Source: Candidatus Dojkabacteria bacterium (lineage in GTDB: Bacteria > Patescibacteriota > Dojkabacteria > B142 > WJKM01). From it: 36,329 bases of DNA. Under the pieces are notes generated by a model. That model had not been told where the DNA came from. It was given only the letters and a program-made list of their open reading frames with translations, and searched no databases. Shown here one piece after another: positions 8,150 to 17,549 of this stretch. The position numbers were made by a program, and so were the translations under genes. The stretch lies in NCBI GenBank assembly GCA_020429465.1, contig JAGQLH010000002.1:1-36329 (forward strand), read 5' to 3'. Positions within the stretch are counted from its first letter, which is position 1, and each line of letters opens with the position of its first letter.

Positions 8150-9223
8150 ATGAAACTAATTGATCGCACAACTATACTTGTTTATTTCTTAGTACTTCTA
8201 GGGATAGCTGCAGTGATGAATCCTCTGCAAGCCCAAGAAATGCAGGACTTAGAACTTACCGATGTGCATAGTTCTTCCATACCTTCTTCTACTGTTGAGA
8301 CAGTCGAGGTGATCTTGTACGCCCAAGCTAAAAATAATAGTGATCGTGATATTTATGGGTATGTACAATTTCAATTAAATGAATCGGATTATGGAGAGAA
8401 GCAACCGATATCCGTACTTTCAGGACAAACAGACAGTGTATTTTTTAAAACGCTGCTTCCCCCAGGTAACCAAATAATTTCAGCATATATACTATCGGAA
8501 GATTCTCAAATAGAATTTGATAAGGAGGTTGTAAAGGAAATATTTGTTGATAGAGATTATGATGGAGATAAAGTTGGAAACCAGGAAGATCCGGATGATG
8601 ACAATGACGGATTACTAGATGCAGACGAAATATATCAGGGAACTGATCAATTTAATCCAGACTCAGACGGTGATGGAATCCCTGATGGAAAGGATTCGTA
8701 TCCATTGCGTATTGGGGAACCTACGGTGCTTTCGGATAATGATGCTATTTTATCGGAAGAAGAAGTGGTTATAAACAATGAAGTTCCAGAAGAACATGAG
8801 GATCAAATTACGGGAAACAGTACACCGATTGACTCTGATAACGATGGACTTTCAGATGAAGATGAAATACGATTCAAAACTAATGTGGAGAAAGTTGATA
8901 CAGATAATGACGGATTGTCTGATGGGGAAGAGGTACATGAATACTCTCCTGATCCACTATCCCCAGATTCAGATAATGATGGATATATGGATGCAGAAGA
9001 AGTAGAATTGGGTACGGACCCAAGGGAGTTCGAATGGTTTAAAAATATTATCACATATCAAAGATGGATCCTATTGATTATTGCTGGTTTGATTTTTGTA
9101 CCGATTGGGATTCTTTTACTCGTGTTAAAAGAAAAACAGTCGCATGATGAAGAGACTGATAAACTACTACGCACACATTCTCGAAAAAAGAGCGTAACCG
9201 TTCTATCTCGAGAGAAACATTAA
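8150..9223 (+). CDS. Secreted, C-terminally membrane-anchored protein with an Ig/CARDB-like N-domain and thrombospondin type-3 (DxDxDG) calcium-binding repeats
   Basis: Signal peptide MKLIDRTTILVYFLVLLGIAAVMNPLQAQE. Five DxDxDG-type repeats: DDDNDGLLDADE, DSDGDGIPDGKD, DSDNDGLSDEDE, DTDNDGLSDGEE, DSDNDGYMDAEE. C-terminal TM WILLIIAGLIFVPIGILLLVL followed by a basic tail. The ORF-track start at 8114 is possible but lacks signal-peptide logic. Confidence 0.8.
   Translation: MKLIDRTTILVYFLVLLGIAAVMNPLQAQEMQDLELTDVHSSSIPSSTVETVEVILYAQAKNNSDRDIYGYVQFQLNESDYGEKQPISVLSGQTDSVFFKTLLPPGNQIISAYILSEDSQIEFDKEVVKEIFVDRDYDGDKVGNQEDPDDDNDGLLDADEIYQGTDQFNPDSDGDGIPDGKDSYPLRIGEPTVLSDNDAILSEEEVVINNEVPEEHEDQITGNSTPIDSDNDGLSDEDEIRFKTNVEKVDTDNDGLSDGEEVHEYSPDPLSPDSDNDGYMDAEEVELGTDPREFEWFKNIITYQRWILLIIAGLIFVPIGILLLVLKEKQSHDEETDKLLRTHSRKKSVTVLSREKH
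8549..9022 (+). repeat. Intragenic coding repeats: TSP3-like DxDxDGxxDxxE calcium-binding units
   Basis: Recurrent gat-aay-gay-gga-ytn-tcw-gat-gar units are visible at both DNA and protein level. Confidence 0.8.
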
Positions 9224-9248
9224 TACTTAATATATTACATACGTATAC

Positions 9249-9950
9249 ATGGAATATGAGACCAACCATGAATCAGTGGAAGAGCGAGTTTCAAAAACTC
9301 AGAGTAAAAAAGGGCTAAATTTTGTCGTTGTCCTTGTCATACTGGGGCTTCTTGTTGGTGCAGCATTTATCTTTTTTGGCAGAAACCAAGATGATGCAAG
9401 TACGGCATTAGATAATACAGATGATCGACAGTCTGAAACAATGGAAACAGAGTCAGGTGCTGTTATGGAAATTAATAGAGTAGAAGGAGGTGAAATGGTA
9501 CCCGAGGAGGGCAGTATTTCTGTGATTCTTAGTGAAACTGAATTTTTTGTTGCTGCTCCTGATGATGCTCAATATGGAGAAGTAATTACAGAAGATGGGG
9601 TTACAGTAACTCGAGTCCAAAATGAAAATTTCTCATTGGATATGGGAGTTGTACAAGAAGAGGGCTTAAGCTCATATGCTTCTTACTCTTCGTTTGGAGA
9701 AAATACATCACTTGGGGGAGACCTCGTTCAAGTTCGTTTGCTAGATACTGAAAATGTATTCAAATATGTTCTAGTTGGTGAAACATTTGAAGCAAGTGGA
9801 GAATGTGGATCAGAATTACCTGCTCCATGTGGGGATAATGCACTTACAATTGCTGAAGTAGGTAATTTTGATTTTGTATGTACTGCAGCAAATGATCTCG
9901 GAAAACAACAATGTAACGATATTATGAGGAAACTGGTAGTTACAAAATAA
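9249..9950 (+). CDS. Hypothetical N-terminally anchored extracytoplasmic protein with two Cys pairs
   Basis: Single TM LNFVVVLVILGLLVGAAFIFF follows a charged N-terminus. The C-terminal domain carries ECGSELPAPCG and FVCTAANDLGKQQC. No family recognised. Confidence 0.75.
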   Translation: MEYETNHESVEERVSKTQSKKGLNFVVVLVILGLLVGAAFIFFGRNQDDASTALDNTDDRQSETMETESGAVMEINRVEGGEMVPEEGSISVILSETEFFVAAPDDAQYGEVITEDGVTVTRVQNENFSLDMGVVQEEGLSSYASYSSFGENTSLGGDLVQVRLLDTENVFKYVLVGETFEASGECGSELPAPCGDNALTIAEVGNFDFVCTAANDLGKQQCNDIMRKLVVTK

Positions 9951-10021
9951 TATTAGTATTTTTGTGTAACATAAAAGAGGATAGTACGTCTTATAAGTAA
10001 TTAAATTTGTAACTATTATCT

Positions 10022-10789
10022 ATGAAAATTACCATTACAGCACTATTTGCAGCATTAGTCCTACTAATACCTTTATTTGTTACTCAAGCATTCGCATCCT
10101 TCCCAGATGTTCCATCGGACTATTTATATTACGATGCCATCAATTACGTCCAGACAGAAGAAGTAGTATCTGGATTTACCGATGGTACCTATCGTCCAGA
10201 AGATCCAATTACCCGAGCTGAATTCACAAAAATCATTGTGAATGCAAACCTACCATCAGTGAAAGATGGTATCGATTTGGCCCTAGGGTATCCGGAAGTG
10301 GCATATGATGTAAATGGACCAGTGTATTTAGTAAGAATCCCAGAGGATGATCCAAATAATTTCACAGGAAGTGAGATTTTATACTATGAACAATGCATTT
10401 ATTATAAGGGGTACGCAGATGGTGGAGATGAGGTTTTATCAGTAGTACCGGTATTTAATGATATTCAAGCAGATCATCTATTTGCCAATTATCTCTGTTA
10501 TGCCAAAGAAATGGATATAGTTGGGGGGTACACAGATGGTAACTTCTACCCAGATAATCCAATCACGGTAGGAGAGGCAAGTAAAATTATTGCAAATGCC
10601 TATGGACTTACAGATCTTGATAGCGGCCCTGAGGGAGATATTTTCAAACCGTTTATAGACGCATTAGTAGAACAAAATGCAATTCCAGAGACAGTCATTG
10701 ATATTGATGATATTTTGACACGTGGAGAAATGGCAGCATTTGTGTATTACCTTGAGACAGATAATGATTCCAGCGTAGATATAAACTAG
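10022..10789 (+). CDS. Secreted protein with two SLH-like (S-layer homology) domains
   Basis: Signal peptide MKITITALFAALVLLIPLFVTQAFA. SLH-like units FPDVPSDYLYYDAINYVQTEEVVSGFTDGTYRPEDPITRAEFTKII and FNDIQADHLFANYLCYAKEMDIVGGYTDGNFYPDNPITVGEASKII. Confidence 0.8.
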   Translation: MKITITALFAALVLLIPLFVTQAFASFPDVPSDYLYYDAINYVQTEEVVSGFTDGTYRPEDPITRAEFTKIIVNANLPSVKDGIDLALGYPEVAYDVNGPVYLVRIPEDDPNNFTGSEILYYEQCIYYKGYADGGDEVLSVVPVFNDIQADHLFANYLCYAKEMDIVGGYTDGNFYPDNPITVGEASKIIANAYGLTDLDSGPEGDIFKPFIDALVEQNAIPETVIDIDDILTRGEMAAFVYYLETDNDSSVDIN

Positions 10790-10804
10790 GGTGGTTTAAA
10801 GTGG

Positions 10805-11209
10805 GTGGTCTATGAGAATATGTATCAGGAGGGAGATATATTTACAGTCGAATGTCCAGAATCATGGTATTTTAGTGATGTATATACAGAGGGGCAGGTT
10901 GGAGAGGAAATTGCATCGTGTACATCGCCTTCAGGCACAAAAGTGAGTTATTTTAATCCAAATCTTGAACACTCTATTGTTTGTAATGGTGAGTATGTTC
11001 AAATAGCTGAAAATATAAGAAGATATAAATTCGAGGAGGATGTATGGCAGGTATTTACATATTCTAAATACTCTACCGATGGATCTACATCGAATTTAGC
11101 TCAAGGGCATATAACTGGAGTGTGGTCCTGGGGTATATCTAATACAAATACTAATGATTTAGTATCTGCAGATAGAATTGTTTCAAAAAATCTAGGGGAT
11201 ATTCTTTAA
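10805..11209 (+). CDS. Hypothetical protein, 134 aa from a GTG start (an in-frame ATG at 10820 is the alternative)
   Basis: ORF packed 15 nt after the SLH gene and 17 nt before the next gene. No signal peptide and no recognisable family. Confidence 0.6.
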   Translation: MVYENMYQEGDIFTVECPESWYFSDVYTEGQVGEEIASCTSPSGTKVSYFNPNLEHSIVCNGEYVQIAENIRRYKFEEDVWQVFTYSKYSTDGSTSNLAQGHITGVWSWGISNTNTNDLVSADRIVSKNLGDIL

Positions 11210-11226
11210 TTATTTTGCAATAAAAT

Positions 11227-11922
11227 ATGACGATAAATGACAGTAACTCAAGCAAAACATCTTCACCAAGTACAAACAAGTCTTGGCTTTTTCTACCATT
11301 GGTGATCATAGCGTTCTTTACCGGTGGATTAGCAAGCTATGTTCTTATTCCATCAACCTCGACTAGTTCTCAATCTGAAGTAGTATCGACCTTTGTGCAA
11401 AATAACAATGTCGAAGATCAGATAATTAGCATAACCGAGCATGATACCCTACGAGTAGAAGAAGTTGTTGAAGGTTTAGATGGTCGATTTGATTTTTATC
11501 GTAATTCGGATGATGTGTTAGTTTTTTCTCAATCAAATCCGATTAATGATCCCCATAGTAGGAATCAAGGATGGATAGGTAAATTAAGTGATAACGGACA
11601 GTATATTATAATTCAACGCTCTAGTTATGGTGTGCTGAGAGGACAGATTGCATCTCATTTCGCAATCTATGAATATGACTTCAAAACTAATGCGATAACA
11701 CATCTCTTTGACGCTGGTCGTATAAATCCTATCGAAATGCTTGGTGAGCATAACGATCCAATTTATGATAATTGTACAAGCTATGAGGATGGTTATTTTA
11801 CAATACGTGATACTGTGGATTGTAGAAACGAAAGTAGAATTGAACAATATGTTGAAACCATTGAATTTATAGAAGAGCTAGTCAATCAATATTCTGAAGA
11901 GTATATTAGTGTGCAAGTGTGA
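11227..11922 (+). CDS. Hypothetical N-terminally anchored extracytoplasmic protein
   Basis: Ser/Thr-rich N-terminus, then TM WLFLPLVIIAFFTGGLASYVLI. Ends with tandem in-frame TGA TGA stops (11920..11925). No family recognised. Confidence 0.75.
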   Translation: MTINDSNSSKTSSPSTNKSWLFLPLVIIAFFTGGLASYVLIPSTSTSSQSEVVSTFVQNNNVEDQIISITEHDTLRVEEVVEGLDGRFDFYRNSDDVLVFSQSNPINDPHSRNQGWIGKLSDNGQYIIIQRSSYGVLRGQIASHFAIYEYDFKTNAITHLFDAGRINPIEMLGEHNDPIYDNCTSYEDGYFTIRDTVDCRNESRIEQYVETIEFIEELVNQYSEEYISVQV

Positions 11923-11964
11923 TGATCTGACAAATAGCGTTACAGAGGTAAAGAGATAAAGAAA

Positions 11965-12000
11965 ATCCCGGATATCAAGATGGATTCTTGATTCCGGGAT
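11965..12000. terminator. Stem-loop (15 bp with one bulge) between convergent genes, with a T-rich tract on the minus-strand side
   Basis: atcccggaTatcaaga-tggat-tcttgattccgggat. The minus-strand reading is followed by TTTCTTTATCTCTT. Confidence 0.6.
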
Positions 12001-12013
12001 AGCTTCGACTAAA

Positions 12014-12048
12014 AAGGATCAAGTTCGTCGATGACGAACTTGATCCTT
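12014..12048 (-). terminator. Perfect 16-bp hairpin immediately downstream of the groEL stop; likely the groESL terminator and possibly bidirectional
   Basis: aaggatcaagttcgtc-gat-gacgaacttgatcctt. On the minus strand the stem is followed by TTTTAG. Confidence 0.7.
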
Positions 12049-12056
12049 GAGTTTCA

Positions 12057-13721
<1,665 letters not shown>

Positions 13722-13738
13722 TTATATGGATCAACGAA

Positions 13739-14044
13739 TTAGCCAATTACAGCTAATACTGCATCTTCATCCATAATTAAGTAGTCTTCTCCATCAACTT
13801 CAAATTCTTCAAGTTTTTGGGAATATTTTCTAAAGAATACAACGTCACCAACTTTAACAGTGAAATCAATCTTTTCTCCAGTTTGAGAAAGTCTTTGTGT
13901 TCCAAGTGCAATAATTTCACCTCGCTGTGGTTTTTCTTTATCAGCGGTGTCAGGTAAAACAATTCCAGACGGGGTAGTGGTATCTTGTGTAATAGGTTTA
14001 ACAAGAATATTCCCACCTACAGGGGTAATCTTTGGCTTTGCCAT
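13739..14044 (-). CDS. groS: Co-chaperonin GroES (Cpn10)
   Basis: 101 aa. ITPVGGNILVKP...TTPSGIVLPDTADKEKPQRGEIIALG...KVGDVVFF.KY; located 47 nt upstream of groEL. Confidence 0.95.
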   Translation of the reverse strand: MAKPKITPVGGNILVKPITQDTTTPSGIVLPDTADKEKPQRGEIIALGTQRLSQTGEKIDFTVKVGDVVFFRKYSQKLEEFEVDGEDYLIMDEDAVLAVIG

Positions 14045-14074
14045 AAGAAGTCTAATCTAATAAATAATGTAAGT

Positions 14075-14102
14075 GAAAAAAATAAAACTCTTATAAGAGT
14101 TT
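14075..14102 (-). terminator. Terminator-like palindrome plus U-run inside the groES leader. It could be an attenuator or the terminator of the upstream operon.
   Basis: Perfect 18-nt palindrome aaactcttataagagttt (14085..14102). On the minus strand it is followed by TATTTTTTTCAC, and it lies about 40 nt upstream of the groES ATG. Confidence 0.4.
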
Positions 14103-14129
14103 CTATATGTTTGTAGTAAAAAGTGCTAT

Positions 14130-14156
14130 TTAGCAGTCTCAGTTTCAAACTGATAA
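14130..14156 (-). promoter_or_regulatory. Degenerate CIRCE-like inverted repeat (putative HrcA operator)
   Basis: Minus strand TTATCAGTT-N9-GACTGCTAA versus consensus TTAGCACTC-N9-GAGTGCTAA: 14/18 matches with exact 9-nt spacing. It sits directly downstream of the predicted -10, as in Bacillus groE. Confidence 0.5.
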
Positions 14157-14157
14157 G

Positions 14158-14187
14158 ATCTTACCAAGAGAGTGTGAATTTTGTCAA
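14158..14187 (-). promoter_or_regulatory. Sigma70-type promoter for groES-groEL
   Basis: Minus strand reads TTGACA-N18-TAAGAT. Confidence 0.5.
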
Positions 14188-14213
14188 TGTTGTAGGTCGT
14201 GGCTGTTATTTAG

Positions 14214-16178
14214 TTATTCAACAACAATGACTTCAAAGCGATCTGGCGAGGTTGGGATGACTCTAAAAAAAGGAGGTGAGAAAAAAGGAGATATAGAGAC
14301 CTCAGCAATTTCTATTTCCTCTTGATCTTCAAGTTTCGATTTAGCTTCAGCAGGGGAAAGTCCCTGTATTTTTGAGAAAACCTCTTCTGTATCGATAATA
14401 GCTGGTACCGATACTGATTTTTTGATAGTAAAGATAGCTTTGCCATCTTCTTGGAGTTGAAGATTATCAATTTCAATTTCAGTAGAATCGAGTAGAAATT
14501 CCGAAGTTTCCTCACCATATTGCTGGGTGATAATATGATTTGCTATTTGATTTATATCGTCTTTAGCAACAACGAGTACCTTCATTTGGTATTCGAAATT
14601 AGTAATATCAAACTCCTTAGCTTCTTCTCCTACTGGAATAGATGTCTCGAGGACAACTTCCTCGTATACTTCACTACCAGGAATAATTATTTCATCATCT
14701 GATAGTTCGTTGGCTATTTTTTCTGTAAGGGAAGGTTCGATTGATTCTATTAATTTGGTTTTAAGTGTATCTACGTCTTCTTGTGACACAACAGTTATGA
14801 GATCTGAGGTACCTCCTTGTACTTTTTTGTAGATTCTTCCACTCACCTCTGAGCTTGTTTTATATTCTGCTATTTTTACATCAACCCCCGAAACATTATA
14901 TTCATCTCCATAATCTGAAGCTACTATAGGCACGTTCTCCAATGTAAAGAATGATATATCGCTGTATTTAGGCTGAAGTACGACTTGCTCAGCAAGGGTA
15001 AACACGAGATTGTCCGATAGAGTAGTTATAGGAGTACCAGCTTCTAGTGTAATTTGATCATTTGTCTTGTTTGTAATATCAACTAACCCAGTTGCCTTTT
15101 CTCCAGCGTTCGCTTCTCCCGTAGCGAGGGCGCTTTCGGATACCGATTCGGATATACTTACTTCGTGCATTGGGGCGACTTTATCTTCAAGTTGAATAGA
15201 TGAGACATCGCGTGATGCTTCTGCTTGTTCAGATATAGAAATTGATTGGTCTTGAGTTGTGATCTCTACTGAAGCCTTTCTTAATACATAAGAAAGTCCT
15301 ATATATAAGAGGATCCCAATGATAATCCAAGTAGCATACTTTTTGATTAGAGGAGATGTATTTCTACGAGTACTACGTGGAGATACTTTCTGCGATTTTT
15401 GTTTAGGTTTTGAATTGTTGTGTTGTCTTCGTTGGGCTACGAAATGTTCCTTTGGTTTGGGTGGGTCTAGGGGAATATGATGGCGAATATCTTTTACAGG
15501 AATGTTGATGTCTTCTTCTGATTCAGTTTTATCTTCATTAGTATCTACAGGGTTGATTGGTTTTTCTGGTACCTCAGGTGAACTTTTTTTTTCCTCGGGT
15601 GGTTTGATATCTTCTTCAATCATAGTAATGTCTCCACCTGCAAATATGCTAAAACCTCCTTTTTCAACGAGACGTGTCGGCGTAATTTTTTGTGTCGGTA
15701 GAGTAGGAGTTGTTATCTCAAAATTACCCGCATCTTCCGGATCTGAGTGTGTGTATTTGAATTCAGGACGAGGTTCGAGATTTTCTAAAGGTGTATTTGA
15801 TTCCTTTCGTGCTGCAATAAGCTTTTCTTTTAGTTCCTTTCGGCTTTCCGTAAGTGTAGTAATGAGAACCTGTGCATCTTCCCATATATAGTCATTAACA
15901 CTATCAACTTTTTCGAATGCAAGTAAATGTGTCTCTTCTGATTTATTCTGAGCTAGTTCACTACTCGTAATAAGAATTACTACCTTTGAAGTATCGGTAA
16001 GTTCTCTAGAAATCAACTTCAAATTGACAATGCTACTCGTGAGCGATGCATGTTTAGGAACAACTAGTAATACACGATCTGAATCCGCATGTAGTATCTT
16101 TTCAATTATGAAGACAATATCCTCATCTGCATCAACAAAAATTTTGGTACTCGCTGTTTCGCGTGTTCGTTCTGACAT
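14214..16178 (-). CDS. Hypothetical 654-aa bitopic membrane protein: cytoplasmic N-domain, Pro/Lys-rich linker, one TM, and a large beta-rich extracytoplasmic domain
   Basis: N-domain IFVDADEDIVFIIEKILHADSDRVLLVVPKHASLTSSIVNLKLISREL; basic linker ...KPKQKSQKVSPRSTRRN; TM WIIIGILLYIGLSYVL. An ectodomain segment (ATGLVDITNKTNDQITLEAGTPITT) faintly recalls baseplate-J-like proteins, which is a weak recollection. Starts 4 nt after the ftsA-like stop. Confidence 0.8.
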   Translation of the reverse strand: MSERTRETASTKIFVDADEDIVFIIEKILHADSDRVLLVVPKHASLTSSIVNLKLISRELTDTSKVVILITSSELAQNKSEETHLLAFEKVDSVNDYIWEDAQVLITTLTESRKELKEKLIAARKESNTPLENLEPRPEFKYTHSDPEDAGNFEITTPTLPTQKITPTRLVEKGGFSIFAGGDITMIEEDIKPPEEKKSSPEVPEKPINPVDTNEDKTESEEDINIPVKDIRHHIPLDPPKPKEHFVAQRRQHNNSKPKQKSQKVSPRSTRRNTSPLIKKYATWIIIGILLYIGLSYVLRKASVEITTQDQSISISEQAEASRDVSSIQLEDKVAPMHEVSISESVSESALATGEANAGEKATGLVDITNKTNDQITLEAGTPITTLSDNLVFTLAEQVVLQPKYSDISFFTLENVPIVASDYGDEYNVSGVDVKIAEYKTSSEVSGRIYKKVQGGTSDLITVVSQEDVDTLKTKLIESIEPSLTEKIANELSDDEIIIPGSEVYEEVVLETSIPVGEEAKEFDITNFEYQMKVLVVAKDDINQIANHIITQQYGEETSEFLLDSTEIEIDNLQLQEDGKAIFTIKKSVSVPAIIDTEEVFSKIQGLSPAEAKSKLEDQEEIEIAEVSISPFFSPPFFRVIPTSPDRFEVIVVE

Positions 16179-16181
16179 GGT

Positions 16182-17435
16182 TTATAGTAAGTTCTTTATA
16201 TGCTCAAAAGAAATGCTGGTAAGCGCTGCTGGTGCTACATCTCCTGTACCAATCATCATGCCCGTTCTATCTTCAATATGTTCAATTTGATTTGGGTAAA
16301 TATGATTAATTTTAGGGAATCTTTCGAAAGGTAGTACAGTGAGCCAAGGATATGCCATTAGAGCTTCTTTTAGTTCAGGTAGCTCAGATCCACCACCACT
16401 GAGGTGAATTTCTGTAGGGAATGATTCCACTTCTTTGAATTCTTCCAGTGCAATTTCCATAGCTTCAGACCAGAGGTGTGCATCTTTTGCAATTGCCACC
16501 TTCACCTTTTTCTGTGTTGTCTCTTGTACTTTTCGTAATGCATAATTAATTTTTAATTCTTCTGCGTCATGTAGCTCAAGATTAAGCGCTGTAGCGATGC
16601 GTCGTGAGAATACTCGCCCTCCAAATGCAACCATCTTAGTCCCTAAAATACCACCATCTTGAATAAGTGCAACATCTGAAGTACCTCCCCCTACATCGAT
16701 AAAGATGGAAGAGAAGTCTGATTTATGTGAACCTTTAAACATTTTTGCAATCGCATAGGGTTGGACATCGATAGTTAATATTTCTAATTCGAGTCTATCT
16801 GCGATCTCATACAAGGAGTTAATGTGGAGAGAGGGTGCAAATGTCGAGAATACACGGTAGCTTACTTCTTCACCAGTAAATCCAATGGGATCATCCACTT
16901 TTACGCCATCAATATACGTAGAGTCTATATGACTCATAATCTCTTTAATTTTATTAGGAGAAGTCCCCATTTCTTCCGCAATATCTTCAATGGAGTCTGG
17001 GAATGCCTGCTCTCGTACACTTTCAACAACATCTTGTAACTCATCATGTGTAATCCTTTCGTCTGGGTTCTCTCGTTCGTAATTCGCAACGATACTAACC
17101 CCTTTTACAAGTTCACCAGAGATACCCATGGTAACAAATTCAGGGAATGGACACTCTTCTCCAAGGATTTTATCTGCAACAGCAAGTGCTTCTCCGATTC
17201 CTCGATCGGCAGCAGAACAAACATGTTCAATATTTACCACCATCGCTCCCTCCATTGCTTTGCTATGTTGTTTAACTCGGGAATATCCAATGATCTCAGC
17301 GCCATTGTCATTAACACGGTAGATAGCTGATTTTATGAATTCAGTACCCACGTCAAGCGTCAAAAAAACGCTTTCTTCAGTAAAGAGCGAATCTTTTTCT
17401 TGTTTTTGCTTTTTAGAAAATAACGAAAATGCCAT
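16182..17435 (-). CDS. ftsA: FtsA-like actin-fold ATPase (cell division FtsA / PilM family)
   Basis: Phosphate-1 LTLDVGTEFIKSAIY, phosphate-2 IFIDVGGGTSDVALI, adenosine motif IHLSGGGSELPELKEAL. The 417-aa length fits FtsA with a 1C subdomain. Confidence 0.75.
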   Translation of the reverse strand: MAFSLFSKKQKQEKDSLFTEESVFLTLDVGTEFIKSAIYRVNDNGAEIIGYSRVKQHSKAMEGAMVVNIEHVCSAADRGIGEALAVADKILGEECPFPEFVTMGISGELVKGVSIVANYERENPDERITHDELQDVVESVREQAFPDSIEDIAEEMGTSPNKIKEIMSHIDSTYIDGVKVDDPIGFTGEEVSYRVFSTFAPSLHINSLYEIADRLELEILTIDVQPYAIAKMFKGSHKSDFSSIFIDVGGGTSDVALIQDGGILGTKMVAFGGRVFSRRIATALNLELHDAEELKINYALRKVQETTQKKVKVAIAKDAHLWSEAMEIALEEFKEVESFPTEIHLSGGGSELPELKEALMAYPWLTVLPFERFPKINHIYPNQIEHIEDRTGMMIGTGDVAPAALTSISFEHIKNLL

Positions 17436-17549
17436 AATAAGATGTACCTTCTACATTTGTCAGAGATAGCTTAACATCACCCGACTATGAGAGTAAAGAG
17501 TATGTATGTATGATGAAGGTGTAAATATTCGAATTAGTAAATATACAGT

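Noticed and set aside
8549-9022. Tandem DNA repeats that could be mistaken for a CRISPR or VNTR array
   Set aside because: The repeats are in frame, degenerate, and encode DxDxDG calcium-binding units. There is no repeat-spacer regularity and no cas genes.
11920-11925. Possibility of an alternative genetic code (UGA recoded, as in Gracilibacteria/SR1)
   Set aside because: TGA terminates well-defined ORFs (tandem TGA TGA at 11920..11925 and TGA at 35512..35514). All conserved proteins (ValRS, GroEL, Acs, CrtI) read through intact under the standard code without in-frame TGA.
15502-15891. 129-aa Ser-rich plus-strand ORF
   Set aside because: It lies antisense to the Glu/Lys/Pro-rich linker of the 654-aa gene and is a compositional artefact.
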